This document shows, piece by piece, positions 15,816 to 24,971 of a stretch of DNA of 32,000 nt. The position numbers were made by a program, and so were the translations under genes. Source of the DNA: an uncultured Chloroflexia bacterium (GTDB taxonomy: Bacteria > Chloroflexota > Anaerolineae > Anaerolineales > Anaerolineaceae). The stretch lies in contig OY969938.1 in NCBI GenBank assembly GCA_963704755.1, positions 2,160,001 through 2,192,000 of the forward strand. Reading direction: 5' to 3'. Position 1 is the stretch's first letter; each line of letters opens with the position of its first letter. The notes beneath the pieces are model-generated. The model saw nothing but the letters and a program-made list of their open reading frames with translations. It searched no databases and had not been told where the DNA came from.

Positions 15816-16058
15816 GATTCAGTGTCTCGGTGTTTCGGTTTTTCAGTGATTAAGTGAAAAAGTGTCAGGTGTCAGGTGCCAGGTGTCAGGGCTTGTGATT
15901 ATTTAGGTTAATCTCGACAACATTCGACTTTAGTTGTGGTAACGCCGAAGGATATACGCTTTCATCCATGCCCGCTGTGGTCAAGCACTTGACACACGAC
16001 ACTTGATACCTGACACTTCCTCACCGAGACACCGCAACACCGAGTCACTGCATCACTG
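15816..16058. repeat. Composite element (short version): inverted CAGTG/GTGTCAGG arms flanking a ~95-bp core
   Basis: The left arm (15816-15890) reads attcagtgtctcggtgtttcgg...gtgtcaggtgtcaggtgccaggtgtcagg. The right arm (15986-16058) reads cacttgacacacgacacttgatacctgacac...caccgagacac...cactg. Core words (ttgtgattatttagg, ggtaacgccgaag, gtggtcaag) match those at 7283-7378. Confidence 0.8.
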
Positions 16059-16757
16059 TAACACTTTCACCATCTTTTCCGTATCCTCACGCTCGCGCCA
16101 GAGCGCCCGGCGCAGAAATTTGCGCGGGCTCCAGAATTCACCCCGCACACCAACCACCCGCATATCGCCTTCCAGTTCGGTCAGCACGGCCAGGGTGCGC
16201 CGCCGCACCACGTCCAGGCGCTCGAAGGCGTCTTCGGGCAGCTCCCGGCGGGCCATACCGGCCAACCCCAGGTTATTCAGGTAGCCCCACTCCGTCCCGC
16301 CGGCCTGTTCCAATATCCCGCGGATGCTCCAACGTTCACCCGGGTAAACCCGATCCAGTGCCTCAGTGCTCAAGTTTTGCGCGACGTCCAGCAGGTCGGC
16401 CCGGCTGAAATCCAAAAGTTGCAGCCCGCGTTTGACCTCCAGGCGAGTGAGCGGCTTCCAATCGTGGCGGAACCAGGCCTGGATCGTATTCACGCTGGAC
16501 GGTACGGTTTCATAATCGTCATCGATATCGTAGTCCTCCCAGGTCTCAATCAGGCGCACATCCACGTCGCGTGCATCCTCCAGCCACGAGTTAGCCGTAT
16601 GCCCTCTTACCCAGTTTTTATAGCCGATAAACCCCCGGGCCGCCTCGATCAGGGCGGTCGGCCCGTCTTCGCCGTAGGCAAAACAGCCCGGGTAATCCAG
16701 CGCCCAGGCCAGCGAGCGGCCCTTCGTGTTGTTTTCCAGCCCAATCCTGATTTGCAT
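16053..16757 (-). CDS. Hypothetical protein with an N-terminal HicB/UPF0150-like fold fused to a DinB-like helical domain
   Basis: 234 aa. The N-terminal RSLAWALDYPGCFAYGEDGPTALIEAARGF is typical of HicB-like domains. The C-terminal half resembles DinB-family four-helix proteins. Both assignments are by eye. Confidence 0.6.
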   Translation of the reverse strand: MQIRIGLENNTKGRSLAWALDYPGCFAYGEDGPTALIEAARGFIGYKNWVRGHTANSWLEDARDVDVRLIETWEDYDIDDDYETVPSSVNTIQAWFRHDWKPLTRLEVKRGLQLLDFSRADLLDVAQNLSTEALDRVYPGERWSIRGILEQAGGTEWGYLNNLGLAGMARRELPEDAFERLDVVRRRTLAVLTELEGDMRVVGVRGEFWSPRKFLRRALWREREDTEKMVKVLQ

Positions 16758-16800
16758 AAAGAATCCTTAATGTGCTTCTTATTCTAAATACAATCCGAAG

Positions 16801-17206
16801 AATCCCCCCTGCCCCCCTTTCCCAAGGGGGGAAAAACCCAGTAGATCCTTGGATAAGGAGATCAGGACCAAAAATTTACCCCTTTTTCAAGGGGAAAAGC
16901 CAAACCCAGTATAAGTCTTGAATCAATGGAAGTACGGTGAGCCTGGAAGCACCCCCCTTTCTCAAGGGGAAAAGCCAAACCCAGTATAAGTCTTGAATCA
17001 ATGGAAGTACGGTGAGCCTGGAAGCACCCCCCTTTCTCAAGGGGAAAAGCCAAACCCAGTATAAGTCTTGAATCAATGAAAGTACGGTGAGCCTGGAAGC
17101 CTTTCCTTTCTCAAGGGGAAAAGTCAAACCCAGTTAAAGCCTTGAATAATGAAAGTACGGTGAGCCCGGGAGCACCCCCCCTTCTCAAGGGGGGCCAGGG
17201 GGGATT
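16801..17206. repeat. Tandem array of a 74-75-bp unit (~4.3 good copies plus one degenerate copy), each unit carrying a CCCCTT-loop-AAGGGG hairpin
   Basis: The unit landmark ctcaa/ttcaa recurs at 16886, 16961, 17036, 17110 and 17184. The units at 16951-17100 are almost identical. The unit is ...cccctttctcaaggggaaaagccaaacccagtataagtcttgaatcaatggaagtacggtgagcctggaagcac. Confidence 0.92.
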
Positions 17207-17592
17207 CTTTTATCAACCCCGGTAATTGCGACAATCTGTTGGTATACGCCATCCAGGTTTTCCAAGACTTCCTGATTGGTAAAACGGATAATGGATAAAC
17301 CGTAACCTTGCAGAATTTTACTCCGAGCTTCATCATATTCCTGAGCGTCTTTGCCTGCATGCGTATCTCCATCAATTTCTATCACAAGCCTCAAGGCAGG
17401 AATATAAAAATCGACAATAAAATTATCGATCGGCCGCTGGCGTAAAACACGCAGGGGAAAATTTCGGAGCACAGAGAACCACAGCTTTTTCTCAGCCGGA
17501 GTTTGATTCGCACGCAAATATTTTGCCCGCTCGACCAGGTTTGGGTTATACGGCAAGAAAAAATTTGAACGGATTAGGTTGCCGGAAGGCAT
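17185..17592 (-). CDS. DUF559 (Vsr-like endonuclease fold) domain protein
   Basis: 135 aa. LRQRPIDNFIVDFYIPALRLVIEIDGDTH...ARSKILQGYGLSIIRFTNQEV matches the DUF559 pattern. The last ~9 codons and the TGA stop (17185-17187) lie inside the G/C hairpin repeat. Confidence 0.88.
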   Translation of the reverse strand: MPSGNLIRSNFFLPYNPNLVERAKYLRANQTPAEKKLWFSVLRNFPLRVLRQRPIDNFIVDFYIPALRLVIEIDGDTHAGKDAQEYDEARSKILQGYGLSIIRFTNQEVLENLDGVYQQIVAITGVDKRIPPGPP

Positions 17593-17680
17593 TTCCCACC
17601 TTTTTTCCCAAAGGAATTAGTAATTACCTCAATTTATTATAGGCGAGCAAAAAATCCGCATAATGCTGACTTTTGCCAAG

Positions 17681-17715
17681 AATCCCCCCTGCCCCCCTTT
17701 CTCAAGGGGGGAAAG
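17681..17715. repeat. 35-nt G/C hairpin motif AATCCCCCCTGCCCCCCTTTCTCAAGGGGGGAAAG
   Basis: A direct copy lies at 16801-16836 (2 differences) and an inverted copy at 17175-17206 (ccccccc-ttctcaa-gggggg-ccaggggggatt). Together they bracket the tandem array and the DUF559 gene. Confidence 0.9.
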
Positions 17716-18140
17716 ATAACACGGTTCCGCACCTAAAAGATAGTCTGTTCAAAACTATTCATCTCCTACTTTTGACGGATTAATGGTAAATTTAATTTTC
17801 ATCTGCTTTTAAGTTTAGCGTATTTTCTTCCAGCAGTACCGGTATACGAAATAAACAAATACCTCAAGCATGACAGGACCACCCAAACTTTTTCTGGAAC
17901 TTTTCAACGACCGCCTACGTCCTATTGCAGTAGCACCCAGGTGCCGCGGATTAATCACGCCTGCCTGCGTGCCACCGTCGTCCTTATCGGGAATGTAATC
18001 TGCATAAAGCACAAATTCAAAGGGGCAGCTCATAATACCATTGCCGCTTCTGTCAGGCTGAACAGCCTGGGGTGCCCTTGCATCTACGTCTCTTACCGAA
18101 GATCCATCCTGGAGAAAAATGGAGTACACAAAAGACAAAT

Positions 18141-18932
18141 ATGATTGAGACTGACTTCGCTTCAATTGAAGATACCCGGCCCCGTAGCTGGCATTTTGAA
18201 TGGGCACTCCCCATCCTTTTCCGCCCCGCCCGGACGTTGAAATCCATTGCCGAGAAAGAACACGGCGTGTGGCTGGCCCCGCTGACGATCCTGAGTATCC
18301 TGGCGATTGTTTTCGTCTTGATCGGCGGCCCGGTCCGCACTGCGACCACTTCTCAAACCACCCCTGAGCTGCCCCAGGATTATCAATATTGGTCGCCAGA
18401 CCAACAGCAGCAATATTTGAGCGGGCAAGCCAACAAAGTCAGCCCATTGTTTATTTATGTCTTCCCGGGGCTGCTCGAACTGGCCGGCATCTGGATCCCA
18501 TGGCTGCTGCTCGGGCTGATCCTGAACCTGTCCTTCACGCTCAGCGGCAGTCGTAGCAACGGTACCGGTGTGCTCAACCTGGCCAGTTGGTCCTTTATGC
18601 CTTTTGCGATCCGTTACATTGTGCGCGGCATCAGCCTGCTGGCTACCCACGCGGCCATCCAGGCGCCGGGCCTCTCCGGCTTCTTTGACTCGACCGCGGG
18701 CGGATTGACCGCCTTCATGCGCGCGGCCATGGTCAACGTCGATTTCTACCTGGTTTGGGTTACCGTCCTGTTAATGGTCGGCGCCTTGCCCCTGACCGGC
18801 CTCAAGCGCGGAAAAGCCTGGCTGGCGGTCATTATTACCATTTTGATCGTGTTGGCCTTGCAGGCCCTGCCGGGCTATATTGGTACCCGCCTGACCGGGA
18901 TCGGTATGGCCGCCACCCCGATGTTCCTCTAG
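18141..18932 (+). CDS. Yip1-like multi-pass membrane protein
   Basis: Start trimmed to the ATG at 18141. Five predicted TM helices follow a soluble N-terminus. This is the first gene of a tightly spaced four-gene cluster. The family call is by eye. Confidence 0.6.
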   Translation: MIETDFASIEDTRPRSWHFEWALPILFRPARTLKSIAEKEHGVWLAPLTILSILAIVFVLIGGPVRTATTSQTTPELPQDYQYWSPDQQQQYLSGQANKVSPLFIYVFPGLLELAGIWIPWLLLGLILNLSFTLSGSRSNGTGVLNLASWSFMPFAIRYIVRGISLLATHAAIQAPGLSGFFDSTAGGLTAFMRAAMVNVDFYLVWVTVLLMVGALPLTGLKRGKAWLAVIITILIVLALQALPGYIGTRLTGIGMAATPMFL

Positions 18933-18940
18933 CGGCAAAA

Positions 18941-19678
<738 letters not shown>

Positions 19679-19679
19679 T

Positions 19680-21302
19680 ATGCGTGTAAAACTGATAACG
19701 ATTTTTGTGCTGGCGGCCCTGGCGTTCAGTGCGCTGCCGGCGCATACCGGCCAGGCTGAGGATGCCACTGCCACCCCTGGGCAAACCGCCATCGTCCAGG
19801 CGGATACCCCCACCCCTACCGAGACCGTACTTGCAACGACCGAACCGGCCCCAACTGCAGCACCCACCAACACACCAACGGCTACTGCGGTCAGCCGGCC
19901 TGTGCGCCCGCTGGTCAGCCTGGATTTATACGGTGTTTCCGGCGATAGTGCAATCAAACCCGGCCAAAATTTTGAACTGCGTTTTACCATCTCCAACAAA
20001 GGCAACGATTACGCTGAAAATGTTACCTTTGCCTTCAGCGGCACAGATTTCCTGCCCACCGGAAGTGGCGGAGTAATCGTGCAGGGTGAGATCGACCCAA
20101 ACGAGTCAATCAATTTCACTCAACACCTGACGGCCAGCCCTGCCCTGGAAGGACAAAGTGTAGCCACGACCACCATTACTGCCACGTATGCGGCCCTTAC
20201 GGATGGCGCCAGCTACTCGGAAACGTTCACGGTCACGATTAACCTGAATAATGCGCAGCCTACCTACGGACCTGCCGTTCCCACCGCCACACCGACCGCC
20301 ATCAGCCGGCCGCAACTGGTAGTCAGCTCCTACAACAGTGACGTGGATCCCCTTCAGCCAGGCAGCATGTTCAACCTGGAAATGGACGTGCAGAACCTGG
20401 GCAGCGCCGATGCCCGCTCGGTGACCATGGTGTTGGGCGGCGGCGTGACCACCGATAGCAGCGGTACGGCCGTCCCGGGCGACATTTCCGGCGGCAACGG
20501 CGACCTGGCCACGTTCGCTCCGCTGGGTTCCTCCAACCTGGTTTACCTGGGAAATATTCCCCTGGGAACCAAAGTCTCGACCAGCCAGAAACTGATCGTC
20601 AACGTGACCGCCAATCCCGGTGCCTATGCCTTCAAAGTTTCCTTTGTTTATGACGACACCCAGGGTAACCGCCTGATCAACGACCAGGTCATCACCCTGC
20701 TGGTCTATCAGCTTCCGCAGTTGGACATTAATTTTTACAGCGACCCGGGCGTTTTCTTTACCGGGCAGCCCGGCACGCTCCCGCTGCAGGTCAACAACCT
20801 GGGCCATAACTCCTGTGTGCTAGGCAACATGAAGGTCAGCTCACCGGCCGGCCAGATTACCAACGATGTATCGCTGGTCGGCGCGTTGGATCCCGGTGGT
20901 TACTTCCCCCTGGACGCCAGTTTCATCCCCGCCCAGCCCGGCCCGGCCGAAATCGATGTGACCATTAATTACACCGACGACTTCAACCAGGCCAGAGAGT
21001 TTACCCAAACTTTGAACGTAGACGTCCAGGAGATGCCCACTCCCGAGCCGATGCCGGAAGGAAGTACCGGTATGTACCCCGGAGACGGCGGTATGGTCCA
21101 ACCCGTTCAGGAAACCACCTGGGACAAGGTCGTGCGGGCCTTCAAGGGCCTGATCGGCCTGGATAGCGCACAGTCCACGCCCAGCCTGTTGAACGGCATG
21201 CCCTCCGAGAGCGCCCCGTTGGAAGGCGGCTCCGAGTTCGACCGAACCTCCCGTCAAAGTTGTCCCCATCCCCAAGGGTTGATGGCAGAACTGCGAATTT
21301 GA
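19680..21302 (+). CDS. Secreted protein with three CARDB/COG1361-like beta-sandwich repeats
   Basis: The ATG at 19680 follows the upstream stop after 1 nt, with RBS agaggga. Signal peptide MRVKLITIFVLAALAFSALPAHTGQAE is followed by a Thr/Pro linker. Three ~110-aa modules follow the pattern PGxxFxLxxxxxNxGxxxAxxV. Confidence 0.7.
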   Translation: MRVKLITIFVLAALAFSALPAHTGQAEDATATPGQTAIVQADTPTPTETVLATTEPAPTAAPTNTPTATAVSRPVRPLVSLDLYGVSGDSAIKPGQNFELRFTISNKGNDYAENVTFAFSGTDFLPTGSGGVIVQGEIDPNESINFTQHLTASPALEGQSVATTTITATYAALTDGASYSETFTVTINLNNAQPTYGPAVPTATPTAISRPQLVVSSYNSDVDPLQPGSMFNLEMDVQNLGSADARSVTMVLGGGVTTDSSGTAVPGDISGGNGDLATFAPLGSSNLVYLGNIPLGTKVSTSQKLIVNVTANPGAYAFKVSFVYDDTQGNRLINDQVITLLVYQLPQLDINFYSDPGVFFTGQPGTLPLQVNNLGHNSCVLGNMKVSSPAGQITNDVSLVGALDPGGYFPLDASFIPAQPGPAEIDVTINYTDDFNQAREFTQTLNVDVQEMPTPEPMPEGSTGMYPGDGGMVQPVQETTWDKVVRAFKGLIGLDSAQSTPSLLNGMPSESAPLEGGSEFDRTSRQSCPHPQGLMAELRI

Positions 21303-21314
21303 GAGCGATAAGAC

Positions 21315-22652
21315 ATGAGATTTATTGATTTAGTTGCCCTGATTCTGGACAACCTGGGCAGGCGCAAAGGCCGGGTGGTCTTGACCGCTGTCGGCGTGGT
21401 CATTGGCACGGCTTCGGTCGTGCTGCTGATCTCGCTGGCCATCGGCTTGCAGCAAAGCGCCACCAGCCAGTTGTGGGGCATCAGTGATTTGAGACGTATC
21501 GATGTGTACCCCGGCTACAACGATGTGGGCGCGAGCAGCGGTGGAGGCATGGTTATCAGCAAAGCGGTGGGCGGTGGAGGGGGTTCGACGCCCGGTGTCA
21601 AACTGCTCACCCCCGCGACCATCGATGAAATCAAGGCCATCCCCGGGGTGGACATGGTTATCCCCCGCCAGGGCTTGAGCGGCGGCGCCACTCTGGAGGT
21701 GGGACGTTTGCAGAGCTCACCTTACGTCCAGGGCGTTGGCGCGGACGATCTGTCCGTATTCGATTATCCGCTCGATTCCGGCACAACTAAAATCGGCCAC
21801 GGCACGGCCGTATTGGGCTATTGGGCCGCCACCCAGTTCTATGACCCCAAGCAGCGCCCCGGCCAGGATCCTCCTGACCAGCCCGATCTGCTCGACCAGA
21901 CCGTCAAACTCGTCCTGACCCGCTGGACGCAGGATGGGCAGACCTCCACGAAGACGGTCAACCTGAAAATCGTCGGTATCCTGGCCGAATCACGGGCCGA
22001 GCAGGACAGTATGATGCTGGTTAACATGGACGACCTGGTCTCGTGGGAAGGCTGGCTGCGCGGGCAGCGGGTGAACTTCAACCGCGACGGTTACAACCAA
22101 CTGGTCGTGCGTGCCACCAGCCCGGATAATGTGGTGGACATCTCCGACCAGATCAATACCATGGGCTACCAGGCCTCGGCGGCCCAAAGCTACGTGCAAA
22201 GCATCAACAGCTTCTTCGTGGTTCTGCAGATTGTGTTCGGCGGGATCGGTGCGATTTCACTGCTGGTAGCCGCCATCGGCATCGCCAACACCATGACCAT
22301 GGCCATTCTGGAGCGCACCCGTGAGATCGGGTTGATGAAGGCCATCGGCGCCACCAATCGCAATGTGCTCAGCATTTTCCTGGGTGAATCGGCCGGGATT
22401 GGCTTCGTGGGCGGCCTGGGGGGTGTCGCCCTGGGCTGGATCGGCGGCTATGTGATCAACATTGTGGCCAGTACGTACCTTTCCGGGCAGAGTAGTTATA
22501 TCGGCGTAGGCGGCACGCTGACCGCCTCAACCCCGGTCTGGCTGCCGCCTTTTGCCTTGCTCTTCGCCACCCTGGTGGGGCTGCTTTCCGGGCTGTACCC
22601 GTCATTGCGCGCCGCCAGCCTGGTGCCGGTCACCGCACTGAAGTACGAATAG
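21315..22652 (+). CDS. ABC transporter permease, FtsX/MacB family with large extracytoplasmic domain
   Basis: 445 aa. An N-terminal TM helix (VVLTAVGVVIGTASVVLLISLAIG) is followed by a ~230-aa soluble loop and a C-terminal FtsX domain (TMTMAILERTREIGLMKAIGAT). Confidence 0.9.
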   Translation: MRFIDLVALILDNLGRRKGRVVLTAVGVVIGTASVVLLISLAIGLQQSATSQLWGISDLRRIDVYPGYNDVGASSGGGMVISKAVGGGGGSTPGVKLLTPATIDEIKAIPGVDMVIPRQGLSGGATLEVGRLQSSPYVQGVGADDLSVFDYPLDSGTTKIGHGTAVLGYWAATQFYDPKQRPGQDPPDQPDLLDQTVKLVLTRWTQDGQTSTKTVNLKIVGILAESRAEQDSMMLVNMDDLVSWEGWLRGQRVNFNRDGYNQLVVRATSPDNVVDISDQINTMGYQASAAQSYVQSINSFFVVLQIVFGGIGAISLLVAAIGIANTMTMAILERTREIGLMKAIGATNRNVLSIFLGESAGIGFVGGLGGVALGWIGGYVINIVASTYLSGQSSYIGVGGTLTASTPVWLPPFALLFATLVGLLSGLYPSLRAASLVPVTALKYE

Positions 22653-22656
22653 AAAT

Positions 22657-22709
22657 CCGAAAATAAGATAATCGCGGGGGCTTCGCCCCCGCGATTATCT
22701 TATTTTCGG
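22657..22709. repeat. Long perfect hairpin (25-bp stem, TTC loop) with GCTTCGC apex, 5 nt after the permease stop
   Basis: ccgaaaataagataatcgcgggggc-ttc-gcccccgcgattatcttattttcgg. It may act as the operon terminator, but no U-tract follows. Confidence 0.9.
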
Positions 22710-22873
22710 AAGTTGTGTTCATCTGTGGCAACTATCCAAAACGTGGACAAATCTGGTATATTTACCAAAAGTTTGTCGATCGGTCTCACCTGATGGATCG
22801 ACCGGTTCATGAACCGGTCTTTCTTTTTAGTTGGCCTTCAGCAAACCAACCCTGTAGAAAGGACCCATACTCT

Positions 22874-23272
22874 ATGCCTGCCACAATTCCAGATAACTTC
22901 CTGGATCTATTCAAGAAAAAGTCGTTCGCCCACCTGGCCACACTCATGCCGGATGGGTCACCGCAAGTCTCGCCGGTCTGGATCGATTACGACGGCACCT
23001 ATATCCTGGTCAACTCGGCCAAGGGTCGCCAGAAAGACCACAACATGATCTCGCGGCCCAAGGTGGCCTTGAGCATCATCGACCCGGAAAATCCCTACCG
23101 GACCCTGCTGATACGCGGCACGGTAGTTGACCAGACCACAGATGGCGCCCGCGACCACATCGACAGCCTGGCCCAACGCTACCGCGGCGCGGCCAAATAC
23201 CAGAGTGTCCGGCCCGACGAAATCCGCGTCATCTACAAAATCCGTCCGGAGCACGTTAGCGCACACGGCTAA
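22874..23272 (+). CDS. PPOX-class (pyridoxamine 5'-phosphate oxidase-like) probable F420-dependent oxidoreductase
   Basis: ATG at 22874 with gaaagga upstream. FAHLATLMPDGSPQVSPVWIDYDGTYILVNSAKGRQKDHN is typical of the split-barrel PPOX family. Confidence 0.8.
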   Translation: MPATIPDNFLDLFKKKSFAHLATLMPDGSPQVSPVWIDYDGTYILVNSAKGRQKDHNMISRPKVALSIIDPENPYRTLLIRGTVVDQTTDGARDHIDSLAQRYRGAAKYQSVRPDEIRVIYKIRPEHVSAHG

Positions 23273-23313
23273 ACGTATTTTGGCGGATAGCATAAAGGTT
23301 CCGCTTTCAGACT

Positions 23314-23356
23314 AAAAATAAAACCGGCTTCCCTTGGGAAGGCCGGTTTTATTTTT
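23314..23356. terminator. Bidirectional rho-independent terminator between convergent genes
   Basis: aaaaataaaaccggcttccc-tt-gggaaggccggttttattttt. The GC-rich stem has one bulge and is flanked by an A-run and a T-run, so either strand reads hairpin plus U-tract. Confidence 0.75.
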
Positions 23357-24122
23357 ATAGCTTCAGCGCCCGGGTGGCGATGTAGCCAGGACAATATTCC
23401 GAGAGGGCTTCGTATGGATTTGAATCCTCGTAGAAGCCGCTCAGCATAAACCCGGCCGCAATCTGCCCGCCAATTTGCTCGTCTAGCGTGTGGCTCCACT
23501 CCAGCGGGTAGCCCTCTGCCTGGTATACTTCCAAATCGGCCGGCGACAGGTGATCCAGGTCAGAATAGGGCAGGCGGTAACGTGCAACCGGCCGTCCATG
23601 GACCATTTCTTTGAGATCGAAGAGGTAAGTGACCGGGTTGTTGAAACCGGCCAGCAGCACACCGCCCGGGCGCAGCACCCGGTAGGCCTCACGCCAGACC
23701 GGCATCACCTCCGGAACAAAAACGTTAGCGACCGGATGAAAAACCAGGTCGAAGGCCTCATCGGGCAGTACGGACAGATCGCGCATGTCGCCCTCGACCG
23801 TAGCAATTTCCAGGCCTTCACGGTCGGCCACTTCGCGGTCGCGGGCGAGTTGCGCGGTGGAGTTATCGTAAACGGTCACGTGCGCCCCGGCCGCCGCCAG
23901 GATGGGGCCCTGCTGACCACCCCCCGAAGCCAGGCAAAGCACATCGGCGCCGGCTAAAGGCGGGTACCACTCCCGCGGAACCGGGATAGAGGGGGTCAGC
24001 AGCAGGCTCCAATCATCCTGGCGCGCCGCCAATACCTGCTCATGGCTGACCGGTACAGTCCAGGGATTACCTTTCGCTACCTGGGCATCCCAGGCACGGC
24101 GGTTGAAGGCGCGAACATCCAC
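23355..24122 (-). CDS. Class I SAM-dependent methyltransferase
   Basis: The start was set to the GTG at 24122, 1 nt after the upstream TAA (24124-24126). The longer track ORF overlaps the upstream gene. Motif I-like [19 protein letters not shown], and VFHPVANVF. Confidence 0.8.
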   Translation of the reverse strand: MDVRAFNRRAWDAQVAKGNPWTVPVSHEQVLAARQDDWSLLLTPSIPVPREWYPPLAGADVLCLASGGGQQGPILAAAGAHVTVYDNSTAQLARDREVADREGLEIATVEGDMRDLSVLPDEAFDLVFHPVANVFVPEVMPVWREAYRVLRPGGVLLAGFNNPVTYLFDLKEMVHGRPVARYRLPYSDLDHLSPADLEVYQAEGYPLEWSHTLDEQIGGQIAAGFMLSGFYEDSNPYEALSEYCPGYIATRALKL

Positions 24123-24123
24123 G

Positions 24124-24717
24124 TTACCTGCGCCGGCTCCGCCGGCGTGGGCGGAAGAGCAGCAGCCAGGCAAACGCCACCGGCCACAGCCAGGCCAGGT
24201 CCACGTCCAGCCCAGCCGGGCAGGGCTCATCGGTCGGTTCGAAGCCGAGGATGTAAATCTTGTCTTTGTTGGCCAGCACACTCGCCACGTCCACCGGTAC
24301 GTCCAGTGACTTGAGGTACCAGTTCGTCAGCGGCGCGTCCTTACGTAGGAACAGCTTGAATACCTCGGCCAGTTCAGCGTCGTCCGTCACGCGGTAAGCC
24401 TTGCAAGATTGGGTGCCATCCGCCGACTGGACCGTCACGTGCGGGTTGGCTGCCAGGTTCTTGTACCAGTCCGCCTTGGCGCCCAGGGCCACCACAGAAT
24501 ATTTCTTGCCATTCAGGCCGTAAAATTCCGCCGCCGTCCGGCGGCGCTGGCCGCTGGTCCGGCCGGTCATCGTCATCACCAGAACGATCTTGCCGAAAAG
24601 CGGTCCCAGCCCCAGCCGCCAGAGCAGGATCGGCGCTTTGAAAGCCTGTTTCATCAACGGGCTGTTCGCGTTCATGACGTCCTGCATTTTCCACTGTTTG
24701 GGTTGCATTTTTGCCAT
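24124..24717 (-). CDS. Deazaflavin (F420H2)-dependent nitroreductase-family oxidoreductase (DDN/DUF385-like) with C-terminal hydrophobic tail
   Basis: ATG at 24717, with an alternative GTG at 24720. RBS GGGAGG lies on the minus strand at 24728-24733. [43 protein letters not shown] fits the DDN family. The C-terminus is [13 protein letters not shown] followed by an Arg-rich end. Confidence 0.78.
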   Translation of the reverse strand: MAKMQPKQWKMQDVMNANSPLMKQAFKAPILLWRLGLGPLFGKIVLVMTMTGRTSGQRRRTAAEFYGLNGKKYSVVALGAKADWYKNLAANPHVTVQSADGTQSCKAYRVTDDAELAEVFKLFLRKDAPLTNWYLKSLDVPVDVASVLANKDKIYILGFEPTDEPCPAGLDVDLAWLWPVAFAWLLLFRPRRRSRRR

Positions 24718-24899
24718 CACCAGCAATCCTCCCTTCTGTTTGCACCAATCCACATGCCTCACCGGCATGATCCACTCAACCTAGCCCGGCTGCACCTGCA
24801 CCACCGGCCTCTTCTATTGTAGCCCATTCCGGAGCCGGTTTTGGAATTTTTGCTTGATTCTGATCGCAATTTAATAACCGGCGCTATGCTCCCATCTGG

Positions 24900-24936
24900 C
24901 CTCCCCCAAAATCCAAAATGCGGATTTTAGGGGAGG
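24900..24936. repeat. Hairpin cctcccc(c)aaaatcc-loop-ggatttt(a)ggggagg
   Basis: 14 paired positions with one mismatch. The related words attttaggggagg/cctcc recur at 30208-30238. Confidence 0.8.
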
Positions 24937-24971
24937 AATCTGGCCAAAAGCGGCCTTCCGGTAGCAAGGCT

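Noticed and set aside
16879-17200. Regularly spaced hairpin-containing repeats that might be taken for a CRISPR array
   Set aside because: The whole 74-75-bp unit is repeated nearly identically, including the segment that would be a spacer. There are no unique spacers and no cas genes in the window, so this is a tandem repeat.
16862-17375. 63-83-aa minus-strand ORFs with internally repeated peptide sequence
   Set aside because: They are read-through of the 74-75-bp tandem array. The periodic peptide simply mirrors the DNA repeat, and one overlaps the DUF559 gene out of frame.
17815-18207. 130-aa minus-strand ORF called as a gene
   Set aside because: It has atypical composition, a junk-like C-terminus (FVYFVYRYCWKKIR) and overlaps the Yip1-like gene start. 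It is not listed as a feature and is mentioned only as a possible pseudogene fragment.
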